From NCBI RefSeq assembly GCF_036567765.1, contig NZ_DATCTU010000115.1, positions 23,080-47,079 of the forward strand: DNA of 24,000 nt, in the 5' to 3' direction. A model generated the notes under the pieces. The model was not told the origin of the DNA. It worked only from the letters and a program-made list of their open reading frames with translations, and did not search any database. The stretch is from Pseudobacteroides sp. GTDB lineage: Bacteria > Bacillota > Clostridia > Acetivibrionales > DSM-2933. Of the stretch, positions 17,072 to 24,000 are shown in pieces. How positions within the stretch are numbered: the first letter of the stretch is position 1; the number at the start of each line of letters is the position of its first letter. A program made the position numbers and the translations under genes.

Positions 17072-17100
17072 TTGTTAAATAATTAACACTAGTTTAAAAT
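17072..17100 (+). promoter_or_regulatory. Rex-type operator 1 overlapping a candidate adhE promoter
   Basis: TTGTTAAATAATTAACAC (17072..17089) matches the clostridial Rex consensus TTGTTAANNNNTTAACAA at 13 of 14 specified positions. TTGTTA (17072..17077), 17 nt, then TAAAAT (17095..17100) forms a plausible -35/-10 pair. Confidence 0.6.
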
Positions 17101-17209
17101 AATTATCCAATATCAAATAACAGTTGTCACTTTTTCGTTTGATACCGCAAATAATGTATCTTTCAATATAATAGAATGATTACATTGCAGCAACAATGAA
17201 GGGTTAACC

Positions 17210-17247
17210 TTACTCAATTGTGTTAAATATTTAACACAATTGAGTAA
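17210..17247. promoter_or_regulatory. 38-bp perfect palindrome containing Rex-type operator 2
   Basis: TTACTCAATTGTGTTAAAT|ATTTAACACAATTGAGTAA is an exact reverse complement. The central 18-mer GTGTTAAATATTTAACAC (17220..17237) matches the Rex consensus at 12 of 14 positions. It lies 109 nt upstream of the adhE ATG. Confidence 0.65.
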
Positions 17248-17355
17248 ATCCTAGATTTCAAACCCCGAAAATAAGAAGTGTAGAAATAGCAGCACTTTTT
17301 AATATAAATTGCAGATTTAAAAAAACATGTTCAAACATAAAAGGAGGAAAACCAT

Positions 17356-19950
17356 ATGGAAAAGGTAAAAAACAATGAAAACCAAAATATAAAGCAAACC
17401 ATTGATATACTTGTTTCGAATGCTGAGGAATCATTGAACGCAATGATGGACATGAACCAGGAACAGATAGACACCATTGTAAAGGAAATGGCAGTAGCAG
17501 GAATCGAAAAGCATATGATCCTGGCCAAAATGGCCATTGAAGAAACTAAAAGAGGAGTATATGAAGATAAAATTATTAAAAACCTCTTTTCTACAGAGTA
17601 CATCTATAACAGCATAAAAAATGAAAAAACTGTTGGAATAGTTAATGAAAATGAGTATGAGGATTACGTAGAAGTTGCTGAGCCTGTGGGTATTGTTGCC
17701 GGCGTAACACCGGTTACCAACCCAACATCAACCACTATGTTCAAAGCTATCATAGCATTAAAAACAAGAAACCCCATAATATTTGCATTCCACCCATCAG
17801 CACAAAAATGCAGCAGAGAAGCTGCAAGGATTGTTAGAGATGCTGCCGTTGATGCGGGAGCTCCGGAAAATTGCATTCAATGGATTGAAGAACCCTCCAT
17901 AGAAGCAACCAACCTTCTTATGAACCATCCAGGAATTTCTCTCATACTTGCAACTGGTGGAGCAGGAATGGTCCAGGCTGCATACAGCACCGGAAAACCT
18001 GCCCTTGGAGTCGGTCCTGGTAACGTGCCCTGCTACATTGAAAAGAGTGCAAACGTTAAAAGAGCCGCAACAGATCTCATTCTATCCAAAACCTTTGATA
18101 ATGGTATGATTTGTGCTTCCGAGCAGGCTGTTATTGTTGACAGGGAGGTTTCTACAGAATTTGAAAAGTTCATGCAGGATAACAAGTGTTATTTTCTAAA
18201 TGAAGATGAAATTATAAAGCTTTCAAAGCTGGCTATAGACGAGAAAAAATGTGCCATGAATCCGGCGGTTGTAGGCCAGTCTGCATTTAACATTGCAAAA
18301 ATGGCGGGCTTATCTGTACCTGAAGAAACGAAAATACTTATTGCAAGACTGGAAGGGGTCGGCCCTGAGTATCCCCTGTCAAGAGAGAAGCTCAGCCCCA
18401 TACTTGCCTACTATGTGGCAGATAACTTTGAGGATGGTATAAAGAAAGCTGAAGAAATGGTTGAATTCGGTGGCCTTGGTCACTCTGCGGTAATTCACTC
18501 CGAAGATCAGAAAATAATTGACCTTTTCTCAAAGAGGATAAAAGCTGGAAGACTTATAATAAATTCACCATCTACCCATGGTGCAATAGGTGATATTTAC
18601 AATACAAATATACCGTCCCTTACATTAGGCTGCGGTTCATATGGGAAGAATTCCACAACTGCAAACGTATCCGCTGTAAACCTCATCAACAAAAAACGCG
18701 TAGCAAGGAGAAGGATTAATATGCAATGGTTTAAAATCCCCGGCAAAATTTATTTTGAATATGGCTCTACACAGTACTTAAAAGATATGCCTGACATTAC
18801 CAGAGCCTTTATTGTTACCGATCCATATATGGTTAAGCTGGGTTATGTTGATAAGGTTCTTTATTACTTGAGAAAACGACAGAATTATGTTCACAGCGAG
18901 ATCTTTTCAAACGTTGAGCCTGACCCTTCAATTGAGACCGTTTTGAAAGGCAAGGAGGCAATGGACAATTTCAAGCCTGATGTAATAATAGCTTTAGGAG
19001 GCGGCTCGGCAATAGACGCCGCAAAGGGAATGTGGCTTTATTATGAACATCCGGAGCTGGACTTTAATGTACTGAAGCTTAAGTTTATGGATATCAGAAA
19101 GAGGGTATTCACTTATCCGAATTTGGGCAGCAAAACCAAAATGGTTGCTATACCTACAACATCGGGTACTGGTTCTGAAGTTACATCCTTCGCTGTTATT
19201 ACAGACAAAGACAATAATATAAAATATCCTTTAGCGGATTATGAGTTAACACCTGATGTTGCTATAATAGACCCTGAGTTTGTAATGACCGTTCCTGCTT
19301 CAATCACAGCAGATACCGGCATGGATGTCCTAACACACGCTATTGAATCCTATGTTTCAATAATGGCATCTGATTTCACCGATGGTCTTGCAATGAAGGC
19401 GATTCAATTAGTCTTTGAGTATTTGCCTTTAGCTTACAAAGACGGCAGCAACAGCCTGGCCCGTGAGAAAATGCATAATGCATCATGCATAGCCGGAATG
19501 GCATTTACAAATGCCTTCCTTGGAATCAATCACAGCCTTGCACACAAGCTAGGAGGAGAATTCCATGTTCCTCACGGTAGAGCAAATGCAGTACTACTCC
19601 CTTATGTTATAGAATATAACGCTCAAAAGCCTACAAAGTTTGTTTCATTTCCTAAGTACGAAACATTTATAGCCGATAAAAAGTATGCAGAAATAGCAAG
19701 GTTTTTGGGATTACCCGCATCAACTACAGAAGAAGGCGTAAAGAGCCTGGTTAAAGCAGTACGTGACTTAATGAGAAAAATTGATATTCCAATGACAATT
19801 GCAGAATGCAAAGTGGATAAGAAAAAATTTATGGCCAAGGTTTCAGAGCTGGCGGACCGTGCTTTTGAAGATCAGTGTACTACTGCAAACCCAAGAATGC
19901 CTCTTGTAAAAGAGTTGGAGGACATTTACATCAAGGCATACAACGGTTAA
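17356..19950 (+). CDS. adhE: bifunctional acetaldehyde-CoA/alcohol dehydrogenase AdhE
   Basis: The 864-aa product has an N-terminal ALDH domain with the catalytic Cys in NGMICASEQ. The C-terminal iron-ADH domain carries GGGSAIDAAK, HAIESY and NHSLAHKLGGEFHVPHGRANA. RBS AAAGGAGGA is strong. Confidence 0.97.
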   Translation: MEKVKNNENQNIKQTIDILVSNAEESLNAMMDMNQEQIDTIVKEMAVAGIEKHMILAKMAIEETKRGVYEDKIIKNLFSTEYIYNSIKNEKTVGIVNENEYEDYVEVAEPVGIVAGVTPVTNPTSTTMFKAIIALKTRNPIIFAFHPSAQKCSREAARIVRDAAVDAGAPENCIQWIEEPSIEATNLLMNHPGISLILATGGAGMVQAAYSTGKPALGVGPGNVPCYIEKSANVKRAATDLILSKTFDNGMICASEQAVIVDREVSTEFEKFMQDNKCYFLNEDEIIKLSKLAIDEKKCAMNPAVVGQSAFNIAKMAGLSVPEETKILIARLEGVGPEYPLSREKLSPILAYYVADNFEDGIKKAEEMVEFGGLGHSAVIHSEDQKIIDLFSKRIKAGRLIINSPSTHGAIGDIYNTNIPSLTLGCGSYGKNSTTANVSAVNLINKKRVARRRINMQWFKIPGKIYFEYGSTQYLKDMPDITRAFIVTDPYMVKLGYVDKVLYYLRKRQNYVHSEIFSNVEPDPSIETVLKGKEAMDNFKPDVIIALGGGSAIDAAKGMWLYYEHPELDFNVLKLKFMDIRKRVFTYPNLGSKTKMVAIPTTSGTGSEVTSFAVITDKDNNIKYPLADYELTPDVAIIDPEFVMTVPASITADTGMDVLTHAIESYVSIMASDFTDGLAMKAIQLVFEYLPLAYKDGSNSLAREKMHNASCIAGMAFTNAFLGINHSLAHKLGGEFHVPHGRANAVLLPYVIEYNAQKPTKFVSFPKYETFIADKKYAEIARFLGLPASTTEEGVKSLVKAVRDLMRKIDIPMTIAECKVDKKKFMAKVSELADRAFEDQCTTANPRMPLVKELEDIYIKAYNG

Positions 19951-19957
19951 TAGTAAC

Positions 19958-19988
19958 AAAAGGACCACCTTTTTTGGGTGGCCCTTTT
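19958..19988. terminator. bidirectional terminator shared by the convergent adhE and serC
   Basis: AAAAGGACCACC (19958..19969) pairs with GGTGGCCCTTTT (19977..19988) with one mismatch and a T-rich loop. A/T runs on both sides give a U-tract in either direction. Confidence 0.8.
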
Positions 19989-20004
19989 ATATCTATAAAT
20001 CTCA

Positions 20005-21123
20005 TTAAGCTTTTGCTACTTCACCATATGCCCATTCAAGCCATTGGAGCATGCAAGCCACATCTTCCTTATTCACTGTAGCACCGCACCAGAATCTTAG
20101 GCCTGCAGGTGCATCCTTGTAGGATTTGCAGTCATATGCAGCACCTTCTTTATCCAATAACTTAACAAGGGCATTTAACTGATCCTGATCAAGCTTTATT
20201 TTCAAGCAAACTGATGTATTGGAGCGGATCTCCTTGCTGACCGGAAGGAAATCTATCCAATCATGGGTCTCAACAAATTTTTCTATTTCATTAAGATTTT
20301 CATTGCTTTTTTGGATCAAACCTTTAAGTCCGCCTATTGATTCTGCCCATTCCAATGCTTTAATATAATCTTCAACGCATAGCATGGATGGAGTATTTAT
20401 TGGAGAGCCTTCAAACACATCCATCATGAGCTTATCTTTCTTTCTCAATTGGAGTATTTTAGGCATTGGCCATGGCGGCATATATGATTCAATACGTTCA
20501 ACGGCACGAGGGGACATGATCAGCATGCCGTGAGCACCTTCTCCTCCTAAGACCTTTTGCCAGGAGTAAGTTAGAACATCCACCTTGCTCCATGGAATTT
20601 CCATTGCGAAAACAGCTGAGGTTGCATCGACAATCGTCAATCCTTTTCTGTCATCCGGAATCCAGTCACCATTTGGTATTTTAACTCCGCTAGTTGTTCC
20701 ATTCCATGTCATAACAACATCATTATCAAAGTTGACTTTGGACAGATCCGGTAAATACCCATAATCTGCAGAAATGGACTGCATATTTTCAATTTTAAGC
20801 TGGTTCTTAACATCATTGGCCCATGTTTTACCAAAAGACTCGAAATTAATTACATCAACGCCTCTTGGACCTAAAAGGTTCCACATAGCCATTTCTATAG
20901 CACCGGTATCGGAGCCCGGAACAAGACCAATAATATAATTCTCAGGTACTCCAAGTATTTCCCTTGTCTTCTTAACGGCATAATTTAATCTTTCTTTTGC
21001 AATTCCACACCTGTGAGACCTTCCTAAAAGGGCATCCTTCAATACATCAAGCTTGAATCCAGGATACTTTGAACAAGGACCTGAAGAGAAATTGGGGTTT
21101 TGTGGTTTAACAGCAGGTTTCAT
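20005..21123 (-). CDS. serC: phosphoserine aminotransferase (SerC, the ~370-aa variant family)
   Basis: The N-terminus [16 protein letters not shown] and a PLP-lysine context [14 protein letters not shown] are present in a class-V aminotransferase fold. The 372-aa length fits the non-E. coli SerC subfamily. Confidence 0.85.
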   Translation of the reverse strand: MKPAVKPQNPNFSSGPCSKYPGFKLDVLKDALLGRSHRCGIAKERLNYAVKKTREILGVPENYIIGLVPGSDTGAIEMAMWNLLGPRGVDVINFESFGKTWANDVKNQLKIENMQSISADYGYLPDLSKVNFDNDVVMTWNGTTSGVKIPNGDWIPDDRKGLTIVDATSAVFAMEIPWSKVDVLTYSWQKVLGGEGAHGMLIMSPRAVERIESYMPPWPMPKILQLRKKDKLMMDVFEGSPINTPSMLCVEDYIKALEWAESIGGLKGLIQKSNENLNEIEKFVETHDWIDFLPVSKEIRSNTSVCLKIKLDQDQLNALVKLLDKEGAAYDCKSYKDAPAGLRFWCGATVNKEDVACMLQWLEWAYGEVAKA

Positions 21124-21234
21124 ATCTAACTCATCCTCTCATTATTTATGTTGAAAATCACATACTTAAGTAATGTTTTTTTAATTTATATTACCTCAAA
21201 AGCTATATTAGAAGCTGCATGAAGCACCTCTTAC

Positions 21235-21263
21235 AGTATATTTAAGTTTATTGATTAAATCAA
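21235..21263 (-). promoter_or_regulatory. candidate serC promoter
   Basis: On the minus strand: TTGATT, 17 nt, then TATACT. This would give a ~105-nt leader. Confidence 0.45.
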
Positions 21264-21352
21264 GCACTTTTAGATGTGTTGAAAAAATAATCTCTAATTA
21301 TCCTATCATAAAATACCATTTTGTGCTATTGCTAAAATAATTCAAATGCCTA

Positions 21353-21381
21353 TTGACAAAAACGCAGATACGTAATATATT
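21353..21381 (+). promoter_or_regulatory. promoter of the marR operon
   Basis: TTGACA (21353..21358), exactly 17 nt, then TATATT (21376..21381). Confidence 0.65.
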
Positions 21382-21408
21382 ACTTATATAAGGTAATACA
21401 TTACGTAT
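21368..21408. promoter_or_regulatory. 16-bp inverted repeat (15/16) overlapping the -10 region; putative MarR operator
   Basis: ATACGTAATATATTAC (21368..21383), a 9-bp spacer, then GTAATACATTACGTAT (21393..21408), with one mismatch. It covers the -10 hexamer and the predicted start-site region of the marR promoter. Confidence 0.6.
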
Positions 21409-21432
21409 TTAACGGAAAGGATATCTTTTAGT

Positions 21433-21909
21433 ATGGATGCTCTTGATATGCAAAAGTTTATTTTCGGCAGTATGTTTCTTCTGGCAAACAAGCTTCAGGT
21501 GATTGGTGATCAGCATTTGCAATCGGAAGATATGACTATAAAGCAATGGTTTTTGACAGTTATAACATCACAGTTCGGCGATAACTCTCCAACCCTTAGC
21601 GAGGTTGCACAGCTGATGGGAAGCTCCAGACAAAACGTTAAGCAACTGGCTCTCAAGCTTCAGGAAAAAGATTTTCTGAATATAGAAAAGGATGGTCAGG
21701 ATGCACGGGCCACCAGGCTTAAGTTGACTAAAAAATGCAAGGATTTCTGGGAAAAGCGTGAGGATAAGGACCATAAGTTTTTAGAGGATCTATTTAAAGA
21801 TTTTGACACGGAAGAACTTGCAGCAATGTACAAAGGATTTAACAAGCTTCATAATCAAATTGAAAAAATGGAAAAGTCAGGTATATTGATTCAGGAGGTA
21901 GAAAAATGA
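21433..21909 (+). CDS. MarR-family transcriptional regulator
   Basis: The winged HTH region is PTLSEVAQLMGSSRQNVKQLALKLQEKDFLNIEKDGQDARATRLKLT. The stop overlaps the next start (ATGA at 21906..21909). Confidence 0.85.
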   Translation: MDALDMQKFIFGSMFLLANKLQVIGDQHLQSEDMTIKQWFLTVITSQFGDNSPTLSEVAQLMGSSRQNVKQLALKLQEKDFLNIEKDGQDARATRLKLTKKCKDFWEKREDKDHKFLEDLFKDFDTEELAAMYKGFNKLHNQIEKMEKSGILIQEVEK

Positions 21910-22421
21910 GTATATTAATTGTTTATGCAACTAAGCACGGTGCAACAGGCAAGTGTGCTTCTATTCTGAAAGAAAGGCTTGCTGGTGATGTTTCACTCCA
22001 TGATTTAAAAAGTGCTTCAAAGCCGGATCTTTCAAAATACGATAAAGTGATCATCGGAGGCTCAATTTATGCAGGAAGGATTCAGAAAGCGGTAAGTGAG
22101 TTCTGTAATGAAAACATTAATTTCTTAAAAGAAAAAAAGCTTGGACTATACATATGCTGCATGTTTATGGATTCTGCTGAAATACAGCTTAAAAATGCAT
22201 TTCCGGAAGAGCTTCTAAATAGTGCCGCAGTCAAGGAAAGCTTTGGTGGAGAAATGATATTCAGTGATATGAACTTTTTTGAAAAAACATTAACAAAAAT
22301 AGTAACAAAAACAATCGCAAAAAGTAACCCCAAACTTGCTGGTATTGATCCGAAAAAAGACGTATCAATGCTTGTAGAAGAAAATATCAATAGGTTTGTA
22401 CAGGTTATGAACGGTAAATAA
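21906..22421 (+). CDS. flavodoxin-domain protein (HemG-like, Flavodoxin_5 type)
   Basis: The FMN-binding N-terminus ILIVYATKHGATGKCA and the segment VIIGGSIYAGRIQKAVSEFCNEN resemble the E. coli HemG region VVIGASIRYGHYHSAFQEF. RBS AGGAGG lies 7 nt upstream. Confidence 0.75.
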   Translation: MSILIVYATKHGATGKCASILKERLAGDVSLHDLKSASKPDLSKYDKVIIGGSIYAGRIQKAVSEFCNENINFLKEKKLGLYICCMFMDSAEIQLKNAFPEELLNSAAVKESFGGEMIFSDMNFFEKTLTKIVTKTIAKSNPKLAGIDPKKDVSMLVEENINRFVQVMNGK

Positions 22422-22470
22422 TATGCTGATATTTTCATGCAAACATTATAAGTCAGAAAGGATGTTTTAA

Positions 22471-23358
22471 ATGAAATACAGTAAATACATAAGCATTCTT
22501 GTAATAGTCATAACCGCCCTTTCAATCCTCGCGTGCATCTGGGGAATGATTACCAACAGCGGAGAAAAGATGAATGAATATAACTTCAAGAGTATCCGGG
22601 GTGAAACAATAAAAATAAGCGGCAGCGGATTGTATCAATATGAATCTATTGATCAAAGATTATCCTTAAAGGTCCATGATCCCATTACATTGTTCTTGGC
22701 TATTCCGCTTCTTATAATGTCACTAATTCTTGCCCTAAAAAGAAGCATAAGGGGAAGGCTTCTGCTCACAGGCACCCTGGGATATTTTTTATACACTTAT
22801 ATGTCCTACGCTTTTTTAAGGATGTACAATGAACTTTTTCTCGTTTATACCATACTGATGTCAGCCAGTTTCCTTGCCTTAATACTATGTATGCTGTCAT
22901 TTGATATAGAGAAATTTTGCTCTTACATAAAGCCCAAAATGCCGATAAAGTTTATTGGAGGCTATCAACTGTTATTAGCAGCCGGCCTAATGACCACATG
23001 GCTTCCCGGTATTATAGATTCATTAGTTAGCGGTAAGCCTCCAATAGACCTGGACCATTATAGCTCGTTAGGGTATGAGGCTATAGATCTTGGCTTTATT
23101 GTACCTGTATTAATTATATCAGCTATATTAGTGTTTAAGCGGAAGTCTTTTGGCTACCTCCTATCTTCAGTTATCATTACGCTGTCCATATCTATGAATC
23201 TATTAATATCAATTCTTACAGTCTTTCAAGTTTTAGACGGAATGGAGATGCCCCTATTATTAATGGTCATGTTTCCCATATTCACCGTCATCACAGGCAT
23301 TTGCCTTGTTATGCTTCTTAGAAATATCCAAGAGCCTTCACATTCAAGTCGAATTTAA
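22471..23358 (+). CDS. polytopic membrane protein of unknown function (~7 TM)
   Basis: The 295-aa ORF has RBS GAAAGGA 8 nt upstream and multiple long hydrophobic segments. I recognise no family. It lies 49 nt after the flavodoxin gene and 37 nt before the next gene. Confidence 0.7.
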   Translation: MKYSKYISILVIVITALSILACIWGMITNSGEKMNEYNFKSIRGETIKISGSGLYQYESIDQRLSLKVHDPITLFLAIPLLIMSLILALKRSIRGRLLLTGTLGYFLYTYMSYAFLRMYNELFLVYTILMSASFLALILCMLSFDIEKFCSYIKPKMPIKFIGGYQLLLAAGLMTTWLPGIIDSLVSGKPPIDLDHYSSLGYEAIDLGFIVPVLIISAILVFKRKSFGYLLSSVIITLSISMNLLISILTVFQVLDGMEMPLLLMVMFPIFTVITGICLVMLLRNIQEPSHSSRI

Positions 23359-23395
23359 CCATATTTTTTAGATTTTAATTAAGGAGATAACTTTT

Positions 23396-24000
23396 ATGAG
23401 TAAAAAATATATATTATTGGCATTGATTATATTGATTGCTGTAAGCATACCTTTTCTTATCTATAAATCCCAAAGCCTTGCCAGAACCTATAAAAGAGAA
23501 GCAGAAAGGGCTCTAGATCGCACCTCAAAGATAGAAAATAAGATTCTTATGGAATCGGATATCAAGCACCTGCCTGAACCGGTGCAAAAATACCTTAAAT
23601 ATGTTGGTGTTATAGGTAAAGAAAAGGTATACAATTTTAGAGCTGTTACCGAAGGACAAATGAAAATGAATCCCGATAAGGAAGAATGGTCAGATATAAG
23701 CTGCATGCAGTATAACTTTTTTGATGATGAACTGACAAGACTGTTTTACATGAAAGTCAATATGTTTCATATTCCTGTGTTTGGCCTTCATTCATATACC
23801 CGGAAAGGAGCGGGGATGCTTATTAAAGCCGCGGGTCTCTTTACAGTCCTAGATGCCAAAGGTGAGGAAATGAGGATAGGTGATACCACTACACTCTTTA
23901 ACGACATGTGCTTTTTTGCTCCAGCAGCTCTTATAGACAAAAGGATAAAATGGGAAACTGTGGATTCAATGACTGCAAAGGCTACCTTTGAAAATGAGGG
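23396..24000 (+). CDS. membrane-anchored DUF6544-like protein (3' end outside the window)
   Basis: This ORF is not in the track because it has no stop within the window. AAGGAG lies 9 nt upstream of ATG 23396, and the frame stays open for 201 codons to the window edge. It has an N-terminal TM anchor, and the segments HLPEPVQKYLKYVGVIGK and LFNDMCFFAPAALID...WETVDS...ATF match my recollection of DUF6544. Unverified. Confidence 0.7.
   Translation, partial: MSKKYILLALIILIAVSIPFLIYKSQSLARTYKREAERALDRTSKIENKILMESDIKHLPEPVQKYLKYVGVIGKEKVYNFRAVTEGQMKMNPDKEEWSDISCMQYNFFDDELTRLFYMKVNMFHIPVFGLHSYTRKGAGMLIKAAGLFTVLDAKGEEMRIGDTTTLFNDMCFFAPAALIDKRIKWETVDSMTAKATFENE

Noticed and set aside
21124-21234. Possible T-box or riboswitch in the ~105-nt serC leader.
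   Set aside because: I found no specifier, T-box or terminator/antiterminator pattern and no extended stems. It is most likely a plain leader.

Overview
AT-rich chromosomal segment, roughly one-third GC by eye. It most likely comes from a low-GC Firmicute of the class Clostridia, judging by GGAGG-type RBSs, clostridial-type Rex boxes, AdhE and Che genes. I support about 23 protein-coding loci, and found no rRNA, tRNA, CRISPR array, transposase or integrase. Left to right: fetA/fetB-like ABC exporter (-); secreted beta-lactamase-family serine hydrolase (-); orphan TerF-type vWA protein (+); secreted ITxxQ-repeat protein (-) divergent from an OmpR-type response regulator and histidine kinase (+); DUF5680-like (+) and DUF5684-like (-) genes converging on a shared terminator; cheR, MCP and cheW (-); a YjdF/DUF2992-like gene, a macrolide-type GT1 glycosyltransferase and a 5'-truncated padR (-); a multiply frameshifted Hsp70/actin-fold ATPase pseudogene (+); a LysR regulator (-) divergent from adhE (+), with two Rex-type operators between them; serC (-); and a marR-flavodoxin-membrane protein-DUF6544-like operon (+) that runs off the window. 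Nothing resembles a defence island or mobile element. The best candidate for an undescribed system is the secreted ITxxQ-repeat protein paired divergently with the two-component system, which has a CpxP/ZraP-like architecture in a monoderm. Secondary candidates are the Rex operators upstream of adhE (one embedded in a 38-bp perfect palindrome), a gene-decay zone at 12.5-16 kb, and the MarR-controlled redox/membrane operon. All family assignments come from motif recognition by eye. No searches were run.
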